64,000 bases of DNA from an uncultured Actinomycetes bacterium (GCA_903832025.1 CAIKZY010000058.1:3527-67526); one strand, 5' to 3'. Positions 19,632 to 29,272 are shown, counted from the stretch's first letter. Numbers and translations are program-made. The notes: generated by a model not told the origin, from the letters alone.

Positions 19632-20480
19632 TCAGTCCCACCGTCGCGGATCCAACAGCTCCTCGTCCCTGGATGCCCACTTCGCCCAATCGTGATGGAC
19701 AAGCACTTTCGTCCAGGCGGACCAAAAAGCCTCTAGCTCAGATTGATTCGTAAAGCCAGCGACCACCTCATCGATGGCATCCACTGATCGCACGAAGGAC
19801 ACCGCTGCCGTCACGGGATCTACATCGATGCCATCGAGTCCTTCATGCAGTCTGACAACGTCAATGTGACTGGAATGCCGACTGAGGCGCGACTGGTCAA
19901 GCATGACGCCCTGGAGGAAGATGCTCCGCGCCTGAATGCTTGCGCCCTGCTCCCGCAGTTCAGACAGTTCAACACAGTTCAGCAGACGTTGATCCAGGAT
20001 GCTCATTGGCACTTGCACGACATCGATCGGCAGATCTAGCTCCAACAGCAGCTGAAGGTCTTGAGTTTCATACACGGAAACCCCGATTTGCCCAACAACT
20101 CCGCCAGACCGCAGATCCGCCAATTCCTCGATGGCCGAGCGTGCCGACTTCGCATCCAAGCTCGGCCAGTCGTGAACGAGCACTCTCCAGATGTGCGAGC
20201 GACGCAGCCTGCCCAGGCTTTTTCGCACCTGATCGTGGATGGAGTCACCCACGATCCCACTGGCTTGCACCTTGCTCTGGACGAGGAATTCTGGCGCCAA
20301 CATCCCGATGCGGGATTCTGCATCTCCGTATCCCGGTGCCGTATCAAGGCAGTTGATGCCCAGGTCATTGGCAACGCGAATTACTGCACGGAGTTCGACG
20401 TCGGTGACTCGTCCTGATGCATTGGTGATCCCGTAGTCCAAACCCCACTGTGCCGTTCCAAGAATGAGTGTCTGACTCAT
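19632..20480 (-). CDS. Aldo/keto reductase
   Basis: LILGTAQWGLDYG and GINCLDTAPGYGDAE, both typical AKR motifs. ATG 20480 (MSQTLILG) is preferred over the longer listed ORF. Confidence 0.8.
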   Translation of the reverse strand: MSQTLILGTAQWGLDYGITNASGRVTDVELRAVIRVANDLGINCLDTAPGYGDAESRIGMLAPEFLVQSKVQASGIVGDSIHDQVRKSLGRLRRSHIWRVLVHDWPSLDAKSARSAIEELADLRSGGVVGQIGVSVYETQDLQLLLELDLPIDVVQVPMSILDQRLLNCVELSELREQGASIQARSIFLQGVMLDQSRLSRHSSHIDVVRLHEGLDGIDVDPVTAAVSFVRSVDAIDEVVAGFTNQSELEAFWSAWTKVLVHHDWAKWASRDEELLDPRRWD

Positions 20481-20637
20481 CCGCAACAAGATCCTGTCCG
20501 GGCCACGCCAGCAGCCTACCGATACCTGTTTGGTCCACCGGTTACATTCCATCGGCCCTTCACGGGCATGACGATTCCACGATTCAGATTCCGGCTCTGG
20601 AGCCGTCATTGGTTGACTGGATTCCGCAAGACTTCGC

Positions 20638-21777
20638 GTGATGCTCCGCCGTGCTCTCGGTCCAGGCGCCTACACTGATCTGGTGCAAGTGGCCTTCGAC
20701 GAGCAGATCTTTGCACTCCAGGAATACGGCGGAATATCGCGGCTGTTCACCGAATTGGCGCGACAGTACCTCCAGGATCCGTCATTGGACGTGGAACTGC
20801 TTCCGCTGAACGCACCGGTGATCAATCGCTATGCGCTCGACGATCGACAGATCTCGACCGCTTTGGGCTTGCGGCAGACTCGACACGAGTATTACTCACT
20901 GCTGCGTTACCTGTGTCGCCTCATGCCACGCCCGGGCAACGACATCGTCCACAACACCTTCTACCTACCACACGGCTTATCGGGTTATCCTGGCGCTAAA
21001 CGAGTGATCACCGTCTACGACATGATCCCTGAGCGCCTTCCGCAGACTCGTCGCCGGCTAGACCTCCTCACGCTCAAGCACCGATACGTGATGAATGCCG
21101 ATCACGTGATCTGCATTTCCGATGCCACCAAGGCAGACTTACTTGCTACATACGGGGACATCGATGTGCCGATCAGCGTGGTGCATCTGGGCGTGGACGC
21201 ACGGTTTCGGCCGGGAGTCCCCAGATTCACGACTCTGCCTGACAACTACATCCTGTTCGTTGGAAACCGCGGCCAGTACAAGGATGCTGAAGTTCTGCTA
21301 CGCGCATTTTCTGAACTCGCCAAAGCGCACCCCGACATTACGTTGCTGTTTGTTGGCGGTGGCTCCTTCACGGCGGCCGAAGAGCGCCAGCTGGCTGAAC
21401 GCGGGATCGTTGACCGAGTGGAGCAGCTTGCCCTTACCGATGATGCGATGCCCGCTGCGTACGGCAACGCGCTCATGACGGTCTTTCCCTCGCGATTTGA
21501 GGGATTTGGACTACCCGCGCTTGAATCAATGGCGTGTGGGGTTCCCACGATCTTGGCGAGAGCGACGAGTCTTCCGGAGGTCGGTGGTAACGCCGCTGTG
21601 TACTTCACACCCGGCGTTGTACACGAACTTGTCGAAGTCATTTCGATGCTTCTCACCGATCCGTCTGCGCGAAGTCAGCGCTCATCGGCAGGTATCGAGC
21701 GAGCCTCAGCATTCACCTGGCACAAGTGTGCGCAGGAAACCGCGGACGTGTATTCAGCGGTGTTGAACGAATCATGA
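20638..21777 (+). CDS. Glycosyltransferase family 4 (GT-B)
   Basis: GGISRLF near the N-terminus and the C-terminal motif FPSRFEGFGLPALESMACGVPTILARATSLPEVGG. The start could be GTG 20638, ATG 20641 or GTG 20683. Confidence 0.85.
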   Translation: MMLRRALGPGAYTDLVQVAFDEQIFALQEYGGISRLFTELARQYLQDPSLDVELLPLNAPVINRYALDDRQISTALGLRQTRHEYYSLLRYLCRLMPRPGNDIVHNTFYLPHGLSGYPGAKRVITVYDMIPERLPQTRRRLDLLTLKHRYVMNADHVICISDATKADLLATYGDIDVPISVVHLGVDARFRPGVPRFTTLPDNYILFVGNRGQYKDAEVLLRAFSELAKAHPDITLLFVGGGSFTAAEERQLAERGIVDRVEQLALTDDAMPAAYGNALMTVFPSRFEGFGLPALESMACGVPTILARATSLPEVGGNAAVYFTPGVVHELVEVISMLLTDPSARSQRSSAGIERASAFTWHKCAQETADVYSAVLNES

Positions 21778-21778
21778 G

Positions 21779-22702
21779 CTAACGAGTCATACGGTGTGAC
21801 CAGCTATTGCGCAGCTTTGCCGCGACAAGCCGACCCAGCTCTTGGTAGGAAAGGTATGGCGCTAGCGACTGTGGCTTGCCGTCGGATGTGGCCAGCATTC
21901 CCATGCCACGTGAGTAGTTCGAATTCACGACAACGGCAAAGTATCCCCGAGCGATATCACGCTCGGTGATGCCGCTCAGGATGGCGGATAAGTGTTGATC
22001 CTCATTGTGGAACACCTTCACTAATGGCTCACGCTGGTAGATCGGGATACATGCGGACTTCTGGAGCCACATGGCATACCAGCTGAATTCGTAGGGGCTA
22101 CGCGAGATTGCATCGGCATACGTCCACGATCGAGATGTCAAGAAGTCATCACGAAAACTCTGCAAGACCCGACTACTGAAGACCTGATGCCCATGGCATG
22201 TGCGCATGATCGGATCGTCAAGGCCCACTTCCTGCATGATCGTGCGGATCGCTGCTTCCCTGCCCTGCCAGTGCGCATTGAAGTACCCGGGTTCAATCCT
22301 GAGATCGTTGTCTTCAACAAGGACGGTGTATGGCGATGTTGCATCCCGCATGAACTCACCTGCACCGAACGGTCGGAGAATGAATGCATCGGAGTCGATG
22401 CAGAAGTAGTTGGATGAGAGGCCGGTCTCCCAAAAGGCAAGCTTGATGATTTCCTGATTTGCATACCCGGGGCTCAATCCCGCAATCGGTTCATGCACTA
22501 GATGCTGGCCAAGCACATCCTCTTCGCAGTGCACATGAACCGTCGAACTTGCCAAGCCGGCGAACAATGCTGCATCCGCCGCTGGAACGACGCAGTGGAG
22601 TAGCAGGTTTTCCACGTTGTGCCGGTTGAAGGAATCGATCAAGCGCCTGGCGTACGCGATGTCGGGTCCATATGACTTCAGGAGCAGGGCAATTTGATCC
22701 AT
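21779..22702 (-). CDS. Hypothetical protein, possible GT-A-fold nucleotide-sugar transferase (DUF6492-like)
   Basis: 307-aa soluble protein with a DxD-like motif, CIDSDAFILRPF. ATG 22702 lies 3 nt after the upstream GT2 stop. Its stop is 1 nt from the convergent GT4 stop. Confidence 0.4.
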   Translation of the reverse strand: MDQIALLLKSYGPDIAYARRLIDSFNRHNVENLLLHCVVPAADAALFAGLASSTVHVHCEEDVLGQHLVHEPIAGLSPGYANQEIIKLAFWETGLSSNYFCIDSDAFILRPFGAGEFMRDATSPYTVLVEDNDLRIEPGYFNAHWQGREAAIRTIMQEVGLDDPIMRTCHGHQVFSSRVLQSFRDDFLTSRSWTYADAISRSPYEFSWYAMWLQKSACIPIYQREPLVKVFHNEDQHLSAILSGITERDIARGYFAVVVNSNYSRGMGMLATSDGKPQSLAPYLSYQELGRLVAAKLRNSWSHRMTR

Positions 22703-22705
22703 GAC

Positions 22706-23512
22706 TCACTTCGACGGCTGATTACTGGATGGCTTCCTTGCCGATAACGATAGCCGCGGCCGTATCTCCCGATGCGCAAACACCAGGAAGTACTGCCGGC
22801 AGGTGTTCCAACGCTCTTTCACGGCACGTACCCCTACAGGGTGCAATATTGACCGACGAGCGCGGTGGAACTCGCGAAAGGATTTTTGCCATTGACTCGT
22901 GGAGATTCCGCCTTCTGGAAACTTCGCCACGACAAAAGGCAATGTCAACGGGTCGGCAAGTTGTGACAGGCGCAGACATGCCGCGTAATCAGCAGCAATC
23001 TGGTACGACAAGTCAAAGCCGCCGATACTGCGTAGCGTCTGCGCGTGAACAATCGTTCCCTGGTGGGGCGGGAAGTGACCCCTGCTGAACAGCTGGGCCT
23101 GCTCGTGGCGATAGTCCCACTGGGGAGTGATGACCGCGGTGCCGGTTGGACTGATGATCGCCACCGGACCGAATGCCCATACTGGCTCCGGCGCAAGGGC
23201 ATCTCGCACGCGCTGCAAGACATCAGCAGCGTAAAACTCATCTCCCGCATTCAAGAAGTAGACATATAGCCCGTGCGCCATCGCCAGCGCCTGGTTCATA
23301 GCCGAGTACACCCCCGATGGAGGCTGATGCGCGTAGTTGACCGAAAGCCGGTCGGCTGCAGCTTCCACGAGCGGCGGAATCGCTCCGGTATCTGACGACC
23401 CATCAACGACGATCCACTCGCATGCACTGAGCTCCTGCGCCAGCATGGAATCCCGGGTCGCAAGAAATCCCGTGACATCATCTTTCACGACCGTAACAAT
23501 GCTGATGAGCAT
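22706..23512 (-). CDS. Glycosyltransferase family 2
   Basis: MLISIVTVVKDDVTGFLATRDSMLAQELSACEWIVVDGSSD. GAGGTG lies 9 nt upstream of ATG 23512. The listed ORF extends to 23578. Confidence 0.8.
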   Translation of the reverse strand: MLISIVTVVKDDVTGFLATRDSMLAQELSACEWIVVDGSSDTGAIPPLVEAAADRLSVNYAHQPPSGVYSAMNQALAMAHGLYVYFLNAGDEFYAADVLQRVRDALAPEPVWAFGPVAIISPTGTAVITPQWDYRHEQAQLFSRGHFPPHQGTIVHAQTLRSIGGFDLSYQIAADYAACLRLSQLADPLTLPFVVAKFPEGGISTSQWQKSFREFHRARRSILHPVGVRAVKERWNTCRQYFLVFAHREIRPRLSLSARKPSSNQPSK

Positions 23513-23754
23513 CAACCGAGACACCTCATAGCCAAGGCACAGTGACGATGGATCCCGGGTGAGTATCGAGAACACCACACGGCTGGGGTGAAGGCAGATT
23601 CGGCCACGTCATGTTCACGGGACCTCGCCACGATGTGGACCCCGCGCTCAGCCATGTGCCGCCTCCATAATTCAACGGGCCTGTCACTCACGCCTTAGCC
23701 TACGGCGCAACCTGGCCACAGATGTGTGCCGTGTGCGGAATATGCTGGTGACAA

Positions 23755-25035
23755 ATGGAAGAGTCCACCGTGAGCGCTCGCCGCACCGTGGTACCGGTGC
23801 GCTCAACTGTCGCTTATCTGTCGGTACTGGTCGTCGGCATCACGATGGCAACATACGCCCAATACCTGTTTCAATATTTCCAGTACCGCATTCCCGTGGT
23901 GAAAGGGCAACCGCCGATCATTTGGGGCGCAGGACTCACTGTTGCCGTTGCCGCCGTGCTGTGGCTCTTTGCGGCCAGGCACATCCAGGCGGGGCTCTGG
24001 GCTCAGGCATTCCTTGGAGTTCTGGCCGTGGGCTGGATGATCCGAATGTGCTTGGTCTATGTCCGCGGCGATTCATACGACTACCTGACCTGGCTCACTC
24101 CAGCAATCTTGGTCATGGTTTGGTTGAAGTCACCCACTGCCCGTGATGCGCGAACGGTCATGGGAGTCCTGGGGTGGACCGGTGCAGTGCTCTTGGTCTG
24201 GACTCGTCTTTCCGAGCTCCTTCACCTCATACCGATGCCGCAGGTCGGAAGGGATCTCCTGAAGTATGAGATCCACTCGTATTGGCTTCCGTTATCAGGG
24301 TGGCTCGGTCCGCAGGGCCGCTGGCCTGGTCCCCTCGGCGGAACCGCATACACCGGTGTACTCGCCGCATTCCTGGTTGTCCTGTCCGTCAGCCTCAGGA
24401 ATCGATCGTCATGGGTGTTTGCCAGCGTTGGCGCGGTGGCCCTACTCCTGACCTCCTCCCGTGGTGCCTACGTTGCCACCGCTATCGGTGTCGGGCTCGC
24501 GCTCCTCTTCAGTGCCTGGCCAGCTCTGCGTGCTATCAGTTTTCGATGGCGGCTCGTGCTGGCGTCAGTCGTGGGCGCTCTGGCCATCGGCTTGAGTTTG
24601 CGGTCATCACCGGACCTCACTGGTCGGACGGATTTGATCTGGCCCGACTTCCTGCACTTATGGGAGCGGTCACCCATTACCGGCGTTGGCGAAGCTGGTT
24701 ACGCGAATGGAACTGAGCTCACGCGCACCGCAACACAGGCACACAGTTTTTTCATTGATGAACTGGCGCGCAATGGTCTCGTAGGATTCGCGGTGCTGCT
24801 GGCGACCTTTCTGCTTGCCCTGACTCTTGGCGTCATGGCCGCCAAGCGCCAGTGTGGAGGTCCACTCGCCCTTGTCGCCACCACGATTGTTCTTGGTGTC
24901 GCAAACACCCCATTCTCCTGGCTTGGTCCATCACTGCTGTCCATTTTTTTCTTGCTCACAGTCCTGTGGGCCGCTGCCATCATCGCGGAGCCTGCGCCCA
25001 ATTCGACGAGCCAGCAGTCGAGTCCGCCAGCATGA
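23755..25035 (+). CDS. O-antigen ligase/polymerase-like membrane protein (Wzy_C domain)
   Basis: About 10-12 helices. LLLTSSRGAYVATAIGVGLALLF and AHSFFIDELARNGLVGFAVLLATFLLAL match the Wzy_C signature region. Confidence 0.75.
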   Translation: MEESTVSARRTVVPVRSTVAYLSVLVVGITMATYAQYLFQYFQYRIPVVKGQPPIIWGAGLTVAVAAVLWLFAARHIQAGLWAQAFLGVLAVGWMIRMCLVYVRGDSYDYLTWLTPAILVMVWLKSPTARDARTVMGVLGWTGAVLLVWTRLSELLHLIPMPQVGRDLLKYEIHSYWLPLSGWLGPQGRWPGPLGGTAYTGVLAAFLVVLSVSLRNRSSWVFASVGAVALLLTSSRGAYVATAIGVGLALLFSAWPALRAISFRWRLVLASVVGALAIGLSLRSSPDLTGRTDLIWPDFLHLWERSPITGVGEAGYANGTELTRTATQAHSFFIDELARNGLVGFAVLLATFLLALTLGVMAAKRQCGGPLALVATTIVLGVANTPFSWLGPSLLSIFFLLTVLWAAAIIAEPAPNSTSQQSSPPA

Positions 25036-25145
25036 CCGCTGACCGGTGCAATCGCCATGTCCAGCCAGTATTCGCACGAATCAAGAACTGACTGGCCGTA
25101 CCGACTGCTCCGCAACTTCTCGGTGGGACAACAGGTGGGCCCCGA

Positions 25146-25922
25146 CTACAACTGCATTGCCCCGGTGTCCAGGCCCGTTAACGCAGCGTTGCGCGGCAAG
25201 TCAGCACTGGTTCGATTGAGTGATGGATCTTGCTCAATGAGCCGCAAGACATCCCATATCTCGAACTCCGGGTTTTCCGAGTACAACCGTTCGTAGATGG
25301 TTCGCACGAATTCCAGGTCCGCTGTGGTATCGACAGTCCATCGAAGGGCCGAGAGGTCCTCACTCCCGAGCACATTCAGCAGCGAAAATACTTCTGGCCG
25401 CCGATACACACCGAGGGTGACGTGCTCACGCTCATGCGGATCGACCGTCTGCTCTGCCAGCCACGTCAGCGCCTGTGCGGTTACGACTTCAACATCCAGG
25501 CCATCTGGAAAACTCGGCGTCAACGTGTTGGACACATAGTCGTACTCACCCGAGTGAAACCGCTCAATGACCAAGTCTGCGACCGACGGACTAACCAGCG
25601 GGCAGTCAGCGGTTAGGCGAACAACCACGTCGGGGCCATAGTCCCTGATGACCTGCGCAAACCGACCGAGCACATCGTCAAGTGGCCCACGAACCACTGG
25701 CCAGCCGTGAGCCGTAACGACGTCGACTAACGCATCGTCTGAACTATCCACCGAGGTTGCAACCACTACCTCGGTCATTCCTTTCACTCGATCCAGCCGC
25801 TGAAGTTGGCGCACGATCATGGGCTCTCCGTTGAGCGGTGCAAGCACCTTCCCCGGCAACCGCGAAGAAGTCATGCGCGCCTGGAGCACTCCCAACGTCA
25901 TCACACCCCAAGTATCCCCCAT
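25146..25922 (-). CDS. Cytidylyltransferase-family protein (SpsF/PseF-like)
   Basis: GVLQARMTSSRLPGKVLAPLNGEPMIVRQLQRL and RLTADCPL. The start is ATG 25922 (GAGGGG 4 nt upstream) or ATG 25901. Confidence 0.75.
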   Translation of the reverse strand: MGDTWGVMTLGVLQARMTSSRLPGKVLAPLNGEPMIVRQLQRLDRVKGMTEVVVATSVDSSDDALVDVVTAHGWPVVRGPLDDVLGRFAQVIRDYGPDVVVRLTADCPLVSPSVADLVIERFHSGEYDYVSNTLTPSFPDGLDVEVVTAQALTWLAEQTVDPHEREHVTLGVYRRPEVFSLLNVLGSEDLSALRWTVDTTADLEFVRTIYERLYSENPEFEIWDVLRLIEQDPSLNRTSADLPRNAALTGLDTGAMQL

Positions 25923-26098
25923 TCAACCCCTCATTCCAGTCGGAAGTCAGCAAGTTCAGCTCCGCCCGGCAACGAGCACGGTGATCAGTTCCTGAGATCG
26001 GCTATTCGGCGCTGATCCAAATGACTGTCGCTATCCAGCGGAGAACTGGTTCTTGGAGCCTTGACGAGTTCAACGTCCATGAGACCGCGTGGGCTATC

Positions 26099-27121
26099 AT
26101 GAAGGACCTCTTGGAAGGAAGTTTCGCCGTGTCCATGCTTGATGGTGCGTCAATTCTCGTCACGGGTGGAACCGGATCCTTCGGCAAAGCCTTCCTGTCA
26201 CGAGTCCTGCAGACACGATCACCTGAACGAGTGGCGATTTACTCGCGAGATGAACTCAAGCAGTACGAGATGAAGCAGACGTACGGCGATGATCCCAGAG
26301 TTCGCTTTTTCCTCGGAGACGTTCGAGATCGTGATCGACTCAAGATTGCCCTCCACGGCGTTGACTATGTCGTTCATGCTGCGGCCTTGAAGCAGGTCGA
26401 TACGGCCGAGTACAACCCCATGGAATATGTGAAGACCAATATCCTCGGCTCGGAGAATGTCATGCTCGCGAGCATGGATGCCGGCGTCAAGAAGGTCATC
26501 GCTCTATCGACCGACAAGGCGTCTTCTCCGGTCAATCTCTATGGGGCCACAAAACTCACCGCCGACAAACTCTTCATTTCGAGTAATCACTACGCGCACA
26601 ATTTTGGGACTGCGTTTGCAGTCGTCCGCTACGGCAATGTCATGGGCAGTCGTGGCTCGGTCATACCGCACTTCCAAGATCTCGCTGCACGCGGTATGAC
26701 CCTGCCGATCACAGATGCACGAATGACACGGTTCTGGATCACCCTTCCCCAAGCCGTCGACTTCGTCCTGAACAGTTTTGAATCCATGGCCGGTGGAGAG
26801 TTATACGTCCCGCGTATTCCGAGCATGCGTGTCGTTGACCTGGCGCAGGCGATTTCGCCGGGTGGAGAGATCGTCGAGGTTGGCATCCGTCCCGGGGAAA
26901 AACTTCATGAGGAGATGATTTCGGTCGAAGACTCCCGGCGCACGATCGAGCTGTCAGATCGATACATCGTCACCCCAACCCTTGCCGAGTGGGGCTATAC
27001 GCCTCCTGAGGGAAAGCCTGTTCCTGATGGCTTCTCCTACACATCCGACACGAATGACCTGTGGCTCTCGGTGGAGGATCTTCGTGACCTGCTCAAAGCG
27101 GACATTGACTACGTGATTTGA
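26099..27121 (+). CDS. pseB: UDP-N-acetylglucosamine 4,6-dehydratase (inverting), PseB/FlaA1-like
   Basis: MLDGASILVTGGTGSFGKAF, YSRDELKQYEM, FFLGDVRD, NLYGATKLTADKLF, VVRYGNVMGSRGSVIP, ITDARMTRFWITL and GIRPGEKLHEEM. These are collinear with Helicobacter PseB as I remember it. The start is uncertain: ATG 26021, 26099 or 26135. Confidence 0.85.
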   Translation: MKDLLEGSFAVSMLDGASILVTGGTGSFGKAFLSRVLQTRSPERVAIYSRDELKQYEMKQTYGDDPRVRFFLGDVRDRDRLKIALHGVDYVVHAAALKQVDTAEYNPMEYVKTNILGSENVMLASMDAGVKKVIALSTDKASSPVNLYGATKLTADKLFISSNHYAHNFGTAFAVVRYGNVMGSRGSVIPHFQDLAARGMTLPITDARMTRFWITLPQAVDFVLNSFESMAGGELYVPRIPSMRVVDLAQAISPGGEIVEVGIRPGEKLHEEMISVEDSRRTIELSDRYIVTPTLAEWGYTPPEGKPVPDGFSYTSDTNDLWLSVEDLRDLLKADIDYVI

Positions 27122-27126
27122 TCACC

Positions 27127-27152
27127 CGCGTGGGAGGGTTCCCGCCCACGTG
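27127..27152. terminator. GC-rich hairpin between convergent genes (candidate bidirectional terminator)
   Basis: cgtgggaggg-tt-cccgcccacg at 27129..27150. The 10-bp arms have one mismatch and sit between the pseB stop (27121) and the aminotransferase stop (27192). There is no U-tract. Confidence 0.45.
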
Positions 27153-27191
27153 CAGCCCCACCGAGGTGTGCCGGCTGACATGCACTTGGCT

Positions 27192-28319
27192 TCACGGCCG
27201 GAATTCGACTATCGCTTGAATGATCCTTGCCTGGTCTGACTCAGAAAGTCCAACGAACAGCGGCAAACGCACGAGCCCGTCGGAAGCTGCGTCCGAATTT
27301 GGACACCACCGTGCTTGCTCACCCAGTCGCTGACCCATGGGTGAGGAGTGCAGGGACTGATAGTGGAACACTGTCATAACTCCGCGATCCTTCATGTGAC
27401 TGATGAATCGATCTCGGGATGCTCGGTCAGCCAGGCGCAAGTAGTACATATGCCCGGTGTGTTCTGCACCATTGGGGATATGCGGTTGAATCACCGAGTT
27501 CGTTCCCGACCAGTCTTGCAATGCATCGTGGTAGACCTGCCATATTCGTCGACGCTCCTGGTCAATCTGCGGAAATCGATCAAGTTGGGCGACCAAGATG
27601 CCTGCAAGGAGATCAGAAAGCACCCAACTGGACCCTGAGTCAACCCAGGTGTACTTGTCGACCTGCCCTCTGACGAACTTCGACCGGTCTGTCCCCTTCT
27701 CCCGCAATATCTCAGCGCGGTCGATCAGCGGGGCAGCATTCACCACTAAGGCGCCGCCTTCACCGCAGGTGATGTTCTTGGTCTCATGAAAACTCAAAGT
27801 CGACAATGCGCCAAAGGTTCCCAGCCGTTGGCACTGATAGGTGCCACCCAGACCGTGGGCGTTGTCTTCGATCAGCATGAGTCCATGTCGCTCGGCCATG
27901 GCAGCGAAGACTTCGGGATCGGCACCCACGCCTGCATAGTGGACGATGCATATTGCTCTCGTCCGATCGTTGATCAATGACTCCGCGGACTCCGGATCCA
28001 TCGTTAAGGTATCGGCCCGCACATCAGCGAAGACCGGGCGTGCTCCGTTCCACAAGAACGCACTGGCCGTAGATACGAACGTATAAGAGGGAACGATCAC
28101 CTCGTCGCCTGGCTGAAGATCCAGCAGCCTGGCGCTCATCTCCAGTGCGTGAGTGCATGAAGTCGTGAGCAGCGATCGTCCGTGCCCTTGAATCTGCTCC
28201 AGTTGTGCCTCAGCGCGTGCGGTGAATGGGCCATTCCCTGAAGTGTGCCCACCGCGCAGCGCCTGACTCAGCATTTCAACTTCGGCGTCGGCGAACCACG
28301 GGCGATTGAACGGGATCAC
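27192..28319 (-). CDS. wecE: dTDP-4-amino-4,6-dideoxyhexose transaminase-like (DegT/WecE subfamily)
   Basis: MIPFNRPWF...SGNGPFT, PSYTFVSTASAF, SFHETKNITCGEGGALVV and REKGTDRSKFVRGQVDKYTWVDSGSS. These are collinear with E. coli WecE as I remember it. The GTG start overlaps the upstream stop (GTGA). Confidence 0.8.
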   Translation of the reverse strand: MIPFNRPWFADAEVEMLSQALRGGHTSGNGPFTARAEAQLEQIQGHGRSLLTTSCTHALEMSARLLDLQPGDEVIVPSYTFVSTASAFLWNGARPVFADVRADTLTMDPESAESLINDRTRAICIVHYAGVGADPEVFAAMAERHGLMLIEDNAHGLGGTYQCQRLGTFGALSTLSFHETKNITCGEGGALVVNAAPLIDRAEILREKGTDRSKFVRGQVDKYTWVDSGSSWVLSDLLAGILVAQLDRFPQIDQERRRIWQVYHDALQDWSGTNSVIQPHIPNGAEHTGHMYYLRLADRASRDRFISHMKDRGVMTVFHYQSLHSSPMGQRLGEQARWCPNSDAASDGLVRLPLFVGLSESDQARIIQAIVEFRP

Positions 28320-29272
28320 TCAGGCACTCCATGAGTTGGTAGATCAGTCCCCGCTGTCGCGCTCACGATGTACGTGGGCTTGCCCATAATCCGAAAGTGC
28401 ATGCGCGCCAAGTACTCGCCGATAATCCCCAGCGTGACCAACTGCACCCCTGAAAAGATCGCAATAGTTGCTGCCAAGAAAGGGAAACCTGGTACCGAAT
28501 CACCGGTGAGGAGTGGGCGAGCGACGACGAAAATCAGCACGGCAAGCCCGAATGCTGCCGTCGCGAATCCCAAAATACTTGCGGCCTGAAGTGGCAGCGT
28601 GCTGTACCCCGTCGTGGTGTCGATCGCAAATCGCATGAGCTTTACGAACGTGAAATTCGATGTGCCTTCTCCTCGAGCATCATGCTGGACAGCAACACTG
28701 CCGAATCTGGCACCTCCCCATGTCAGCAAGGCATCCAGCGACACATTTGATCCGAGATCATTCGCGAAGGCATCGCGCAGACGTGTGCGAAATGCACGAA
28801 ACGAGCTCACATTTGGAGCAACGTCTACCCCAAGACCGCTCTTCAGGGCTGAGCGAGTCAGCCGTCCGGCTACGCGGCGGTGGACTGACTGCTCCACCCG
28901 TCGAGGCACGCCATAGACCAGGTCGAGATCCTCGGCCTGGAGCATCCCGATGAGGTTTGGTATCTCTTCGGGCGGGTTCTGGAGATCGTCATCGAGAGTG
29001 ACTGTGATCGGGAATGTCGCACTTCGGATTCCAGCAACCAAGGCGCTGTGCTGGCCGAAATTCCGACTCAGTCGTAGCCCGCGCACCTTCACGTTGTCTT
29101 CGCAGATCTGTGTCACAACGCGCCAGGTCTCTGCCGGACTGCCATCGTCGACGAGGATGACTTCGTAGTCAGTCCCTGCGGCAAACGTTTTGTCTATTCG
29201 TCGAACGAGTTCGAACAGGGAGTTGGTGCTCCTGTAGACAGGAACGACAATCGAGATTCCATGCAGATCCAC
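28316..29272 (-). CDS. Polyprenyl-phosphate glycosyltransferase (GT2, ArnC-like) with two C-terminal TM helices
   Basis: ISIVVPVYRSTNSLFELVRRI, RLSRNFGQHSALVAG, TLDDDLQNPPEE and RGEGTSNFTF. Helices ILGFATAAFGLAVLIFVV and FLAATIAIFSGVQLVTLGIIGEYL. AGGAG lies 9 nt upstream of GTG 29272. Confidence 0.85.
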   Translation of the reverse strand: MDLHGISIVVPVYRSTNSLFELVRRIDKTFAAGTDYEVILVDDGSPAETWRVVTQICEDNVKVRGLRLSRNFGQHSALVAGIRSATFPITVTLDDDLQNPPEEIPNLIGMLQAEDLDLVYGVPRRVEQSVHRRVAGRLTRSALKSGLGVDVAPNVSSFRAFRTRLRDAFANDLGSNVSLDALLTWGGARFGSVAVQHDARGEGTSNFTFVKLMRFAIDTTTGYSTLPLQAASILGFATAAFGLAVLIFVVARPLLTGDSVPGFPFLAATIAIFSGVQLVTLGIIGEYLARMHFRIMGKPTYIVSATAGTDLPTHGVPE

